Source: Chloroflexota bacterium
Lineage (GTDB): Bacteria; Chloroflexota; UBA11872; UBA12225
Direction of reading: 5' to 3'
Assembly: GCA_030447525.1 (NCBI GenBank)
Contig: JAUJOR010000003.1
Span: forward strand, 62,194 to 126,193
DNA: 64,000 bases
Positions 49,569-59,679 of the stretch are shown here, one piece after another. The notes beneath the pieces are model-generated. The model did no database searches, was not told where the DNA came from, and saw nothing but the letters and a program-made list of their open reading frames with translations. A program made the position numbers and the translations under genes. Numbering within the stretch: position 1 is the stretch's first letter; every line of letters begins with the position of its first letter.

Positions 49569-50426
49569 ATGGAGTTTCGTGAGTACTGGCAGATCGTCTG
49601 GCGCCGGCGCCACCTGATCGTGCCCTTGATCGCCATCACCTTTGTCGCCAGCCTGATCTTCAACCTCGTCTTGCCCCCGGTCTACTCCACCTCCATCACC
49701 GTCCAGATCCTAGCCGTCATCCCCCGTGGCGCGCCGGACGCCCCGGAGTACTACTCTCCGGAGTACTACCGTACGCTGTACTCGGAGTACATCAGCGACG
49801 ATCTAAGCGAGGTGGTCAAGTCGGAGCTCTTCGCCTCCCAGGTAGTCGACCAGATTCGGGCGCGTTACGGTCGCAGCGTCAGCGTCAAGGACGTCGTCGA
49901 GGCCGTCTCCAAGACGAAGCGCACCCATCGCACGCTGAAAGTCACCATTGCCACGGGAAGCGAAGCGCTGAGTCGCGAGATCGCCGAGGCGACGAACGAC
50001 GTCTTGCGCACCGACGGCTGGCGCTACTTCAGCCGTGACGATCGCCAGCCGGTGCAGATCAACGTCCTGAACCCCCCTCGTGACCCGCTGGCGCCGAGTT
50101 TGCTGCGGCGCCTGATGGACGTCTTGCTCCACAGCGCCGTGGCCGCTGTCGTGGGGATTGCCCTGGCTTTCTTGCTCCATTACCTGGACGACCATATCCA
50201 GGATGCGGCTGACGTAGAGCGTACCCTCGGCTGGCGCGTCCTGGGCGCCGTGCCGGCCGAGGGCGGCGCCGGGGGCGCCACGATCAAGAGCTCGGTGCCG
50301 GCGGCGTTCGCCGGGCTCCTGCCCCGCGGCTGGCGCAAGCCGGCGACGATCATGGCTTTGCTGGTCAGCGCCGGCGCCGTTACGGCCCTGGCCGCCTGGG
50401 CGACCCTGGGCTGGCGGACGGCCTGA
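49569..50426 (+). CDS. polysaccharide chain-length determinant (Wzz/PCP-family) protein
   Basis: N-terminal MEFREYWQIVWRRRHLIVPLIAI followed by a TM helix, a periplasmic-like region and a C-terminal TM helix. Confidence 0.65.
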   Translation: MEFREYWQIVWRRRHLIVPLIAITFVASLIFNLVLPPVYSTSITVQILAVIPRGAPDAPEYYSPEYYRTLYSEYISDDLSEVVKSELFASQVVDQIRARYGRSVSVKDVVEAVSKTKRTHRTLKVTIATGSEALSREIAEATNDVLRTDGWRYFSRDDRQPVQINVLNPPRDPLAPSLLRRLMDVLLHSAVAAVVGIALAFLLHYLDDHIQDAADVERTLGWRVLGAVPAEGGAGGATIKSSVPAAFAGLLPRGWRKPATIMALLVSAGAVTALAAWATLGWRTA

Positions 50427-50609
50427 GCGCCGGCGCCGTCCGGAGCTCCTCCCAAAGTACCTGGTAAAGACACGCTCCATCGTGCCACCGGCCGGGCTAC
50501 AGGGCATTTCGATGTCATACCCTGCTGGTGCCGTGCCGGCACAAGAGACTCCCATCACAGAGACGTAGCAGAGCAGGGCAGCGTCCCACCGAGTGAAAGA
50601 CGAGCCGGA

Positions 50610-51434
50610 GTGGAATTTCGCGCCTACGCCCGCATCGTATTGCACCGCTGGTGGCTGCCGGCCCTTTTCGGCGCGCTCGCCGCTGGCGCCGCCTACTTCT
50701 ACTCCGTCCAGGCGATCCCCATGTTCCGCGCCACGGCGCACCTTTCGGTGACGCCCAGCATCGTCGACTTCTTTACCGGGGAGGCGGTGCAACGCCTGCT
50801 GAACAACTATTCCTTGCAGCTCAAGTCGCGGAGCTTTGCCGCTCTCGCCGCCCAAGAGCTGCAGCCCCCGGGCAGGCCTGAGCAGGTGCTGGGGAAGATC
50901 AAGGCGGTGGCCGCGCCGGCGGAGTATCGCATCTCTATCGAGGTAGACGATTCCGACCCGGGGCGGGCCCAGGCGATTGCCAACGCAGCGGCGACGGCGT
51001 TCGTGGAGAAGCTGCGGGCGGAGAACGCCGGCCGGGAAAAGCGCGACATCGAGGTGCAGGTGCTCGACCTGGCCGAGCGACCCGGCGCAGCGGTGAGCCC
51101 GCGTCCCCGGCGCAGCGCCGCCGGCGCCGGTATCCTGGGGGCCGGTCTTGGCGTGGCCACTGCCTTTCTCCTCGAGTACCTCGACCAGCGGCGCCCCCCT
51201 CCCCGATCGCGGGACCGGGTTACGAACGCCACTCGCCGACGCATCTCACAGCTTCGCCGCCGACGCACCGTCGCTGCCCGAGCGGCCGGTCTTGCCGGCG
51301 CACCCCCCAGCCCCGACCGCTCGGCAGAAGGAGTCTTCGCCCATGGCCTCAGGCCCAGCCGGCCAGCCGGACGTGGTGACCGTCACGAAGCCGCGCTCGC
51401 CGGGAGCAGAGGCATACCGGACACTCCGGACTAA
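50610..51434 (+). CDS. second Wzz/PCP-family chain-length determinant paralog (3' end uncertain)
   Basis: MEFRAYARIVLHRWWLPALFGAL plus TM helix. Second TM ...AFLLEYLDQ. After that the frame becomes Arg/Pro-rich and overlaps the kinase gene by ~90 nt, so the true stop may be earlier or a frameshift may be present. Confidence 0.5.
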   Translation: MEFRAYARIVLHRWWLPALFGALAAGAAYFYSVQAIPMFRATAHLSVTPSIVDFFTGEAVQRLLNNYSLQLKSRSFAALAAQELQPPGRPEQVLGKIKAVAAPAEYRISIEVDDSDPGRAQAIANAAATAFVEKLRAENAGREKRDIEVQVLDLAERPGAAVSPRPRRSAAGAGILGAGLGVATAFLLEYLDQRRPPPRSRDRVTNATRRRISQLRRRRTVAARAAGLAGAPPSPDRSAEGVFAHGLRPSRPAGRGDRHEAALAGSRGIPDTPD

Positions 51435-52062
51435 TATCCACTTCGCCGCCGCCGCTCGCCCCCTACGAAGCCTCTTGTGCGTCAGCGCCGGGCCAGGCGA
51501 GGGGAAGTCCACCGCGGTGGCCAACCTTGCGGTGGTGATGGCGCAAGCGGGCACGAGAGTAGTGGTGCTGGATGGCGACCTGCGCCGCCCGTCGCAGCAC
51601 GCCATCTTCAACCTGCGCAACGCCCCCGGGCTGACCAACCTCTTCCTCTCCGCGGCTGAGACTCCTGGGGCAGACTTGCCCCTACAGTCAACCGCCGTGG
51701 AAAACCTCCGCCTCCTCGCCAGCGGCCCGCGGCCGCCGAACCCGGTCGAGCTCCTGGCGTCGGGGCGCATGGAAGAGATCCTCGGCCGCGTCGTCGAGCG
51801 TGCCGACATCGTCCTGATCGACTCCCCTCCCCTGGTGCCCTTCGCCGATGCCGCCGTGCTGAGCGCGAAAGCGGACGGGGTGGTGCTCGTCGTCGGCGCC
51901 GGAACGGTAAAGCGCGACCTGGTGCGCAAGGCCAAGGCGCAGCTGGAGGCGGCGAACGCCCGCGTCCTGGGGGTGGCGGTGGTCAACGTCGCCTTTGACG
52001 CCGCCTCGTTCGGCCCATACTACGAAGGTGACGCCTCCCCATCAGGCAGCCCTGCGGCGTAA
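51343..52062 (+). CDS. BY-kinase (CpsD/CapB-type tyrosine-protein kinase ATPase)
   Basis: Walker A SAGPGEGKST. Walker A' VVVLDGDLRRP. Walker B VLIDSPPL. RBS GAAGGAG. Confidence 0.75.
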   Translation: MASGPAGQPDVVTVTKPRSPGAEAYRTLRTNIHFAAAARPLRSLLCVSAGPGEGKSTAVANLAVVMAQAGTRVVVLDGDLRRPSQHAIFNLRNAPGLTNLFLSAAETPGADLPLQSTAVENLRLLASGPRPPNPVELLASGRMEEILGRVVERADIVLIDSPPLVPFADAAVLSAKADGVVLVVGAGTVKRDLVRKAKAQLEAANARVLGVAVVNVAFDAASFGPYYEGDASPSGSPAA

Positions 52063-52224
52063 TTGCCGAACACGCCGGGATCCGAGGGCGGCGCCAGAGG
52101 GCCTACGGCAAGAAGCTCCCCTATCGGTTTCGTCAACCGGCTTGTTCTGCTGCTCTCTGGCGATGCGCAGGGGGATAGGCAGCAACAGGAGGGTATGCGG
52201 CAATGGCGCACCGGTCCATAAAGA

Positions 52225-52258
52225 AGAGCCCCTCCCGCCGTACAGCGGGAGGGGCTCT
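52225..52258. terminator. intrinsic terminator hairpin (14-bp stem, 6-nt loop)
   Basis: AGAGCCCCTCCCGC-cgtaca-GCGGGAGGGGCTCT lies downstream of the BY-kinase gene. It could act bidirectionally, because the MazG-like gene ends on the opposite strand nearby. Confidence 0.6.
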
Positions 52259-52452
52259 TGGCGCTAGCTAGTAACAGCCAGCCTGCGTTTCGCCAATCCG
52301 GCGGAACTAACGGAGGTGACCTCCAAAAGGTGTCTTCAAAATTAGTACCGCCGAATGGGAGAGGTGGATATTACTGCTAGCGCAGCTACTACCCATTCAA
52401 CATCACCTCCTTTCCACCTGGCACGAATAATAGCGCCCGCGGCCGGGCGGCG

Positions 52453-52983
52453 TCAACTGGTACGGCTGAACGGGAGAGTCAGCCCTTGGCCGGGCTCAGG
52501 GCCGGCGCTGACGCTGGAGCGGAGCGAAGGGGAAGGATCCGTCGCTCCAGGGCCGGGAGCCGCTGCGCTCGTGGTCAGCGCCCCACCAGGATCGGCGCGC
52601 GGATAGCGGTCGGCGTCGCGCCCGCGGTACTTGGCCAGCGTGCGCTCGAGGGCGTCTTGCAGGTCGATCCCCTGAGCGTTGGCCAGGCAGATCATGGTGT
52701 ACAAGAGGTCGGCCATCTCCAGGCCCAGGTCCTGCTCCGGCTCGTCCGGCTTCTTAGGCTTTTCGCCGTAGAGATGGTTCACGACGCGGGCCAGCTCGCC
52801 GAGCTCTTCCGTCATCCGGGCGAGCTGCGCCAGGGGCTGCCAGTACGACCACCCCTGGTCGCGCATCCAGGTGTCCACCAGGGCCTGGGCGTCGCGCACG
52901 GTCAGGGCAGGTTGTCCCTCGCCGCCGGGGGCGTTCGTTTCAACCGATGGGCCTCCCGCCGGATCAGTCACTGAGTTTCCCAT
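52453..52983 (-). CDS. MazG-like nucleotide pyrophosphohydrolase domain protein
   Basis: LAQLARMTEELGELARVV...LGLEMADLLYTMICLANAQGIDLQDALERTLAKY is the MazG/NTP-PPase EExxE helix pair. The C-terminal ~60 aa are low complexity. Confidence 0.6.
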   Translation of the reverse strand: MGNSVTDPAGGPSVETNAPGGEGQPALTVRDAQALVDTWMRDQGWSYWQPLAQLARMTEELGELARVVNHLYGEKPKKPDEPEQDLGLEMADLLYTMICLANAQGIDLQDALERTLAKYRGRDADRYPRADPGGALTTSAAAPGPGATDPSPSLRSSVSAGPEPGQGLTLPFSRTS

Positions 52984-53104
52984 CAGTCTCCCATCAGTCT
53001 CCCATCAGGTCGCTCCATCGCGTCATTGTCCCACACCCGGACCGTAGCGCATCGGACATCCCCTGCCGGCGCGGGGCTGCAGGCATCGTGAGGGCAGGCA
53101 AGGC

Positions 53105-56100
53105 ATGACACTCGCCGCCACCGCCCTGCTGCTCTTCGTGGTGGGGTACGGCTATCTCGCCCTGCTGGGCGTGGCCACGAGCGTGCTGCTCTTGCCTCGG
53201 CGCTGGCTCCCCTACGCCGTGGCGGTGACCCCGCACCTTGGCTGGGCCACGCTGGTGGCCGTCGGCTACCCGCTCAATGCCATGTGGCCATTCAGCCTTG
53301 TGGCGCCCCTCCTGGGGGCGGTCGGGCTGACGATCATTGCCGCGTGGGTGGCCCTGGCAGGGCGCCCCTCCGGGCGACGGTCGGAGAGGGCAGGCTGGGG
53401 CGCCGTCCCCTGGCGGCGCTGGCTCGGCTGGCGCCCGCTGTGGCGAGAAGGCGGGCCCCCGGCGCTCCTGGGGCTGCTCGTCTACCTGGTAGCGGCCGGC
53501 GTGCACATCCGCCAGGGCGCACTCTCCGTCCTGGTGGCCGACTCCGACGTGGAGCACTTCGCGGACGTGATCGCCGCCCTGCTGCGCTCCCCCATTGGGT
53601 GGAGTGTCCCGGCACAGCGCGGCCTGGAGGCGACGCCGGTAGGGCTGGCCTACCACTACGTCCACGCCTCGCTGAGCGCCCTTACCGGGCTGGACACCTT
53701 TACCACCGCCCTGCCGAGCCACTTTCTGCTCCTGGCTCTGGGGGTGTCCGGGGTGTACGTCTTTGCTCGCAGCTTTCTGCGCCTGCCGGCCGGGGCGGCC
53801 ATCCTGGCCACGGCCTTGTACGCCGGCGGGGCGCTCCCCTTGATCGTGGCCAGCTTCGGCTGGGGTCAGCAGACGGCGGCCCTGGCGGCTGTACCGGCGG
53901 GGCTGGCGGCCCTGCGCCTAGGGATCGAGGGGCGTGACGCCCGCTCCTTGTGGACGGCGGGGCTACTCGGCGCCCTGGCCGCCGGGTCGCTGTACCTGGC
54001 CAGCGCCCCTCTCGTCGGGGGGGCTGCCGGGTCGCTGGCCCTGGCCGGCGCCGGGCGGCGGATGGCAGATCGGCCGGCCTGGCGCCACGCCGGACGGCCG
54101 GTGAGACGGCTCCTCGGGATCGGGCTGGTCGTCGCGGCGGCCGGCCTGCTGTCCCACCTCTCGGCGCTGTCATTTCTTCAGGAGCGAGCCGCCGCCGGAC
54201 TGCTGCGGGCCGACGAGCTGAGCGGTCGCTCGACACACGTCTTCGCCTTTGCCGGGGCGGCGGAGCTGCTCGGCGCCGCCCCCCTTGACCTCTACCGTGA
54301 CGTCTCGGCCCTGGACGGGTGGCCCCTCCTTTCCTGGCCCACCGCCATAGCGCCCCTGGCCGCGCTGGGGACCGGGGCGGGCGCCGCCCTGGCGGTCGCC
54401 GGCGCCCTGCGGTGGCAACGGGCACGGCCGCACCTGCCGGCGACGCTCGTCATCGTCATCCTCTACTGGGCCTACCTGCGATGGGTACGTCCCTTCCCCT
54501 ACGGCGAGTTCAAGCTCCTTTCCAGCGTGTGGTTCCTTGTCCCCTGCCTCGTCGTCGCCGGGGGAATGGCCCTGAGCCGGCCCAGGGTGTTCCCTCGAGC
54601 ACCGCTTCCCCGATGTCGCTTGGGAGGTTTGGTCCATAGATGGGCAGGGCGGCGCCCCCTGGTGGAGGGTGACTCTCCCGTGCCGCCCGGCGCCCCCCGG
54701 AGGGGCGGCCGGGCTATGCCGCGGCAAGGGGCATGCAGCGTGGCCGTGGCCGGCTTCGCCCTCAGCCTGGCGCTGGTCTGGTGGCACTCCCTACGCTTTC
54801 TCCTCCTCCCGTGGGGGGGCCTGCTCCCTGAAGGGGCCATGGCCGAGGCCCGCAGCCTGCTGCGGGCCGTGCCCCCGGGGGCCAGCGTCTATGTCTCCAG
54901 CCAGCTCACCCCCGAGGTTGCCCGTGCCTCCACCGGGGAGCTGACCCTGCACCGGGCGGGGTTCCCCTCCGCCTCGGCCCGCGCCGGCTACCTGGCAAGG
55001 CGCTGGCGGGGAGTCGTCACTCACCTGCTGGCCTTTGGGGACCGGCCCCCCTACGGGCTGGTACAGCGCCACAGCGCCGAGCTGCGGGCCGCCGTCTGGC
55101 CACAAGCGACCGACTACCTGCTCCTGGACGTGAGCGAGGACCCGCGCCTCTACGGGAGCATATCGGCCGACCTTGCCGGCGCGGCCGGGACGCTGCGCCT
55201 CTATCGACAAAGCGGCGGGCGACAAGGCGGCGGGCGACAAGGCGACGGGCCGGCGAGACGCCCTCTGCTGACCCTGGAAGACCTACCGCACCCAGGCGTT
55301 CAGGCGGCGCCCCCCGCCGCGCCCCACTCCTCTGCCGACGGCCATGCAGCGCCTGAAAGGGCGCCCCAGGCCGCCCCGGCGGCCGGCCCGCTCCTCCGGC
55401 TGCGGGCCACCGGCCAGGGGCTCGTCCTGCTCCAGGGCGGCCAGGAGCGCCCGGTGCCACCGAGAAGCTCGCCCCTGCCTCCCCCCGTGTTGCCGATCGG
55501 GGAGTCGCTCCCCGGCCGGCGTCGCGCCCCGGCCCTGCCGGCCGAGTCTCCCCCCGCCCTCAGCCCCCACGACCCGATCCCTTCCGGCGCGGTCACCCGG
55601 GAGAGAGACTCCCCATCGGGGCCCTCCAGCGCCGCCGGGGCCACCACCGGCCACTTGCTCATCGGCCTGCAGGCGATCGCCCCGACGCACGTCAGGATCG
55701 CCCTCTTCCACCCGGACGGGAACACGTCGCATCGTGACCTGGCGCTGACGCCCGGCCTGACCTGGTACACCACCCCCGCCGTGCGCTGGCCCATCGAGGT
55801 AGAGCTGACCGTGTCCCCCACCTCGCCCGAGACCGGGGCGAGTGACTCCCCCGCCGCCGAAGCCAGCCCTACCCAGGCCACGGTGCGTCCGGTGGCCGTG
55901 CTGGTCGTCGCGCAAGGCGACGGCATCACGGCGGAGGGTCTCGAACGCTCCCCTTCCGGGGCCTTGTGGCCCCTGCTCACCGTCGCCTCCGAGGTCTCCC
56001 CGGTAGATGGGACGCTGTCCCTGGACGTCTGGTACACCCACTTCGGGCTTGCGGCCGGGAGCGCCCTGGCCCGGCTGCACGATGCCCCCTCCCTCTGGCT

Positions 56101-56587
56101 CGGGGGGGATGCCCTGCTCACCAACCTGCATCCCGGTCCAGGGGGCCGCTCCTGGCAGGTCGATCTCACGCCGGCGGAAAGGCCGCGGCAGCGCGTCTCG
56201 GACGGGCGTGAGCCCCCGCTGGCGTCCGCATGGAACCGGGAGCCAGGCCGGCGCTGGCTATGGCTGGAGATTGGCCCGCACCTGGACGCGGCCCTACACG
56301 AGCCCCCGCTACTCGAGCTCCAGCTTGCCGGGGAGGCCACACGCATCCTCTCCCCGGGTGCGCCGGCCGTCGCCCTCCCTCTCCTGGCAGGGCCGGCACC
56401 CCTCCCCGCCGTCGCAGACGGGACTCTCGTCCGGGGAACCGGGGATGACCTGTTCTATGTAGAGGGGGGAAAGCTGCGCTGGGTGCCCAGCATAGAGCTA
56501 CTAGAGCGCCGGGCAATCCCCTGGCGCCTCACCGTTCTGGAGGATAACGCCCTCTGGCGCCTCCCGGTCGATCTCCCGCTGACGTGA
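53105..56587 (+). CDS. large polytopic membrane protein (~12-14 TM helices N-terminally, ~600-aa extracytoplasmic C-terminal region); possibly a polysaccharide polymerase or glycosyltransferase-like protein
   Basis: 1160-aa uninterrupted ORF located in the exopolysaccharide locus. The first ~500 aa are hydrophobic. No specific family was recognised. Confidence 0.5.
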   Translation: MTLAATALLLFVVGYGYLALLGVATSVLLLPRRWLPYAVAVTPHLGWATLVAVGYPLNAMWPFSLVAPLLGAVGLTIIAAWVALAGRPSGRRSERAGWGAVPWRRWLGWRPLWREGGPPALLGLLVYLVAAGVHIRQGALSVLVADSDVEHFADVIAALLRSPIGWSVPAQRGLEATPVGLAYHYVHASLSALTGLDTFTTALPSHFLLLALGVSGVYVFARSFLRLPAGAAILATALYAGGALPLIVASFGWGQQTAALAAVPAGLAALRLGIEGRDARSLWTAGLLGALAAGSLYLASAPLVGGAAGSLALAGAGRRMADRPAWRHAGRPVRRLLGIGLVVAAAGLLSHLSALSFLQERAAAGLLRADELSGRSTHVFAFAGAAELLGAAPLDLYRDVSALDGWPLLSWPTAIAPLAALGTGAGAALAVAGALRWQRARPHLPATLVIVILYWAYLRWVRPFPYGEFKLLSSVWFLVPCLVVAGGMALSRPRVFPRAPLPRCRLGGLVHRWAGRRPLVEGDSPVPPGAPRRGGRAMPRQGACSVAVAGFALSLALVWWHSLRFLLLPWGGLLPEGAMAEARSLLRAVPPGASVYVSSQLTPEVARASTGELTLHRAGFPSASARAGYLARRWRGVVTHLLAFGDRPPYGLVQRHSAELRAAVWPQATDYLLLDVSEDPRLYGSISADLAGAAGTLRLYRQSGGRQGGGRQGDGPARRPLLTLEDLPHPGVQAAPPAAPHSSADGHAAPERAPQAAPAAGPLLRLRATGQGLVLLQGGQERPVPPRSSPLPPPVLPIGESLPGRRRAPALPAESPPALSPHDPIPSGAVTRERDSPSGPSSAAGATTGHLLIGLQAIAPTHVRIALFHPDGNTSHRDLALTPGLTWYTTPAVRWPIEVELTVSPTSPETGASDSPAAEASPTQATVRPVAVLVVAQGDGITAEGLERSPSGALWPLLTVASEVSPVDGTLSLDVWYTHFGLAAGSALARLHDAPSLWLGGDALLTNLHPGPGGRSWQVDLTPAERPRQRVSDGREPPLASAWNREPGRRWLWLEIGPHLDAALHEPPLLELQLAGEATRILSPGAPAVALPLLAGPAPLPAVADGTLVRGTGDDLFYVEGGKLRWVPSIELLERRAIPWRLTVLEDNALWRLPVDLPLT

Positions 56588-56756
56588 ATCTCACCCCTGG
56601 TGCGGTCGCCGCCGAGGACCTGTCGCCGGTCATGGATACCTGGCTACCGGCTTGGTGTCCAGGCCAGATCATCCCCGTTGCGCCGGCCCCTCATCCCGCT
56701 TGGGCGGCACATCTTTCAGGGAGCGGCGCCCCGGCGGCCCGTTCAATCTACCCGCA

Positions 56757-58259
56757 TCACAGAGTCGGGCGCGCGGCCCAGGCGGCAAGGCAAGCGGCGT
56801 GGCGCCGCTCGGCGTCGCCGAGGGCCTGGGACACGCGGCTGGGGGCCGTCCCCCCGGGGACGTCGCGCGCGGCCACGGAGTGTGCCACGTGGACGGCGGC
56901 GAGGGCGTCGGGGCCGAACCCGGGGTGATAGCTCTGGAGCTGGTCGAGGGAGAGGGCGGTCAGCGGGCGCCCGGCCGCGCTGCACTCGGCCACCAGGCCC
57001 TTGACCACCTCGTAGGCGGTGCGGAAGGGGACGCCGGCCCTCACCAGATGGTCGGCCAGGTCGGTGGCCGTGGCGTAGCCGGCCGCGGCGCGCTCGGCGG
57101 CGCGCTCCGGGCGCAGCTCCAGGGAGGAGACGGCGACGCGCAGGGCGCGCAGGGCGCCGCGGGCGGTGGCGGCGGCGTCGAACAGCGCCTCCTTGTCCTC
57201 CTGGAGGTCACGCCCGTAGGTCATAGGGACACCTTTGATGGCCGTCAAGAGGGCTTGCAGGTGGCCGTACACCCGCCCGGCCTTGGCGCGGGTCAGCTCA
57301 GCCGCGTCCGGGTTGCGCTTCTGAGGCATGATGCTGCTCCCCTCGGCCCAGCGTGCCGAGAGGGAGATGAGCCCGAACTCATCGCTGGCCCACAGGACGA
57401 GGTCCTCCGCCAGGCGCGAGAGGTGGGCCATCAGGAGGGCAGCGGATGCCGTCAGCTCGACGGCAAAGTCCCGGTCAGACACGGCGTCCATGCTGTTGGC
57501 GCTGATGGACGAAAACCCCAGCTCCCGCGCCGTAACGTCACGCCGGATGGGGAACGTCGTCCCGGCCAGGGCGGCCGAGCCGAGGGGCATGACGTCCGCC
57601 GCTCCATGGGCGCGCTGGAGGCGTTCCAGGTCGCGCTGGAGCATCTCCACGTAGGCCAGCAAATGGTGGGCGAAGAGCACCGGCTGCGCCGGCTGCAGGT
57701 GCGTATAGCCTGGAAAGGGGGCCTCTGGCCAGCGCCGGGCGCGGTCGAGCAGGGCGGCCTGGAGGTCGAGCGCGGCCCGGGCGAGCTCCACGGTGGCGTC
57801 CTTGCACCACAAGCGCAGATCGGTGGCCACCTGGTCGTTCCGGCTCCGCGCCGTGTGCAGGCGCCGCCCCAGCTCCTCGCCCCTCCCGGGGTGGCGCGTC
57901 TCGAGGAGCTGCCGCAGGCGCAGCTCCACGTGGCTGTGGATGTCCTCGCCGCAGGGAACGAGGCGGTGGAGCTGCCCGTCGATCTCGGCGCAGACGTCCA
58001 GCAGCCCCACCTCCACCACCCCAGCGTCCTCCGGGGGCATGATCCCCGGCAGGGCCTCGGCCAGCATGCGCAGGTGGCCAATGCTCCCGGCGATGTCGTG
58101 GCGGTAGAGCTTCCAGTCGAAGCGGATACTGGCGGTGTAGTCGAAGACGATAGGATCGACGCTGGCCCCGGTGATCGTCCCCAGCGCGCCCATATCTCCC
58201 AGGTTCGGGAGGGCAGCAAGGTCGATGGCGCTAGGCCCGCCGGGGGGCAGCCTGATCAC
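56757..58259 (-). CDS. argH: argininosuccinate lyase
   Basis: Fumarate-lyase signature GSSIMPQKRNPD. TARSRNDQVATD. The start is possibly at internal Met 58193. Confidence 0.85.
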   Translation of the reverse strand: MIRLPPGGPSAIDLAALPNLGDMGALGTITGASVDPIVFDYTASIRFDWKLYRHDIAGSIGHLRMLAEALPGIMPPEDAGVVEVGLLDVCAEIDGQLHRLVPCGEDIHSHVELRLRQLLETRHPGRGEELGRRLHTARSRNDQVATDLRLWCKDATVELARAALDLQAALLDRARRWPEAPFPGYTHLQPAQPVLFAHHLLAYVEMLQRDLERLQRAHGAADVMPLGSAALAGTTFPIRRDVTARELGFSSISANSMDAVSDRDFAVELTASAALLMAHLSRLAEDLVLWASDEFGLISLSARWAEGSSIMPQKRNPDAAELTRAKAGRVYGHLQALLTAIKGVPMTYGRDLQEDKEALFDAAATARGALRALRVAVSSLELRPERAAERAAAGYATATDLADHLVRAGVPFRTAYEVVKGLVAECSAAGRPLTALSLDQLQSYHPGFGPDALAAVHVAHSVAARDVPGGTAPSRVSQALGDAERRHAACLAAWAARPTL

Positions 58260-58383
58260 CGGGTGTCTCTATGCCTTGTCTGCCCCCCCGCAGCCCCGGT
58301 GGAGCGGGCGTCGCCTGGCCCGCCCGGGGGGCGGCCTGATCGCCGGATGGTGTTGAGCAGGGGCCGCGCCCGCTCGCCCGCGG

Positions 58384-59550
58384 TCAAGGGGTCACGCAGC
58401 GGCCGAAGACGTCCAGAAACTGATCGCAGTCTTCGGCGGTGACGATAAGCGGTGGGGCCAGGCGGATGGCGCTGCCAGAGGTCTTGTTGACCAGCACGCC
58501 GGCCTCGCGGCAGCGGTTCAGGACGTCGGTCGCCTTTTCCGTCTCGAACTCCACTCCCGTCCACAACCCGGCGGCGCGGACTTCTTTGATACCGGCGTCC
58601 GCTTCGGACTGCAGCTCGCGCAGGCCGGCTGCGATGCGCCCCCCCATGGTGCGGGCGTTGCCCGCCAGGTCCTGGTCCAGGATCTCCTGCAGCACCGCCC
58701 GGCCGGCGGCGCAGACCAGGGGATTGCCGGCGAAGGTAGACCCATGGTCCCCGGGGACGAAGACGGCGGCGTGCTCCTTGGCCAGGCAGGCCCCGATGGG
58801 GAGACCGCCGGCAAGGCCCTTGGCCAGGGTCATGATGTCCGGCTCGACGCCGTACCCCTCATAGGCCCACAACGTCCCGGTGCGTCCCATCCCGCTCTGC
58901 ACCTCGTCCAGGATGAGGAGTAGTCCTTGCTCGTCACACAGCCGGCGGACGCCCTGCAGGTAGTCCCGCGTGGCCGGGATAACGCCCGCCTCGCCCAGGA
59001 TAGGCTCCAGCATGATCGCCGCCGTGCGGTCGGTAACGGCGGCGCGCATCGCCTCCAGGTCGTTGAACGGGACGTGCGTGAACCCGGCCGGCATAGGGTC
59101 GAAGGGCTCCTGGTAGTGCCGGTTGCCGGTGGCGGCCACCGTGGCCAGGGTACGCCCGTGAAAAGAGTTGAGGGCGGTGATGACCTCATAGGCCCCGTTG
59201 CGGTGCAGTCTGCCCCACTTGCGGGCCAGCTTGATGGCCGCCTCGTTGGCCTCGGCACCACTGTTGGTGAAGAAGACCTTGTCCAGCACGGAGTGGTCAA
59301 GCAGAAGCTTGCCCAGCTCCAGCTGCGGAACGGTGTAATAGAGGTTCGAGGTATGGATCAGGGTGGCGACCTGCTCCTGGATGGCCTTGACCAGGACCGG
59401 CGGGCAGTGGCCGAGGACGTTCACGGCGATGCCCCCGAGGAAGTCCAGGTACTCGTGGCCCTGGTCGTCCCACACCCGCATCCCCTCGCCCCGCACCAGG
59501 GTAATAGGGTTCTGGCGGGGCGCGCCGGGCGCGGCGAAGGTCTGCATGTA
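58384..59550 (-). CDS. argD: acetylornithine aminotransferase
   Basis: Class-III aminotransferase motifs: LILDEVQSGMGRTG and the PLP-Lys region MTLAKGLAGGLPIGA. Confidence 0.85.
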   Translation of the reverse strand, partial: YMQTFAAPGAPRQNPITLVRGEGMRVWDDQGHEYLDFLGGIAVNVLGHCPPVLVKAIQEQVATLIHTSNLYYTVPQLELGKLLLDHSVLDKVFFTNSGAEANEAAIKLARKWGRLHRNGAYEVITALNSFHGRTLATVAATGNRHYQEPFDPMPAGFTHVPFNDLEAMRAAVTDRTAAIMLEPILGEAGVIPATRDYLQGVRRLCDEQGLLLILDEVQSGMGRTGTLWAYEGYGVEPDIMTLAKGLAGGLPIGACLAKEHAAVFVPGDHGSTFAGNPLVCAAGRAVLQEILDQDLAGNARTMGGRIAAGLRELQSEADAGIKEVRAAGLWTGVEFETEKATDVLNRCREAGVLVNKTSGSAIRLAPPLIVTAEDCDQFLDVFGRCVTP

Positions 59551-59679
59551 GATCTCGCCCTCCAGTGAGGGGATGTCTTGCCGGAAGGGAGCCGGCGAGG
59601 GGCCGGGAGGGTCGGTAGATGTGCCCATCAGGGATCGTCCTTTCGCACGGCCGTTCTCTCGAACGGGTCACGGCGCCGT

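Noticed and set aside
56652-58442. 596-aa plus-strand ORF
   Set aside because: Antisense to argH, which contains the fumarate-lyase signature.
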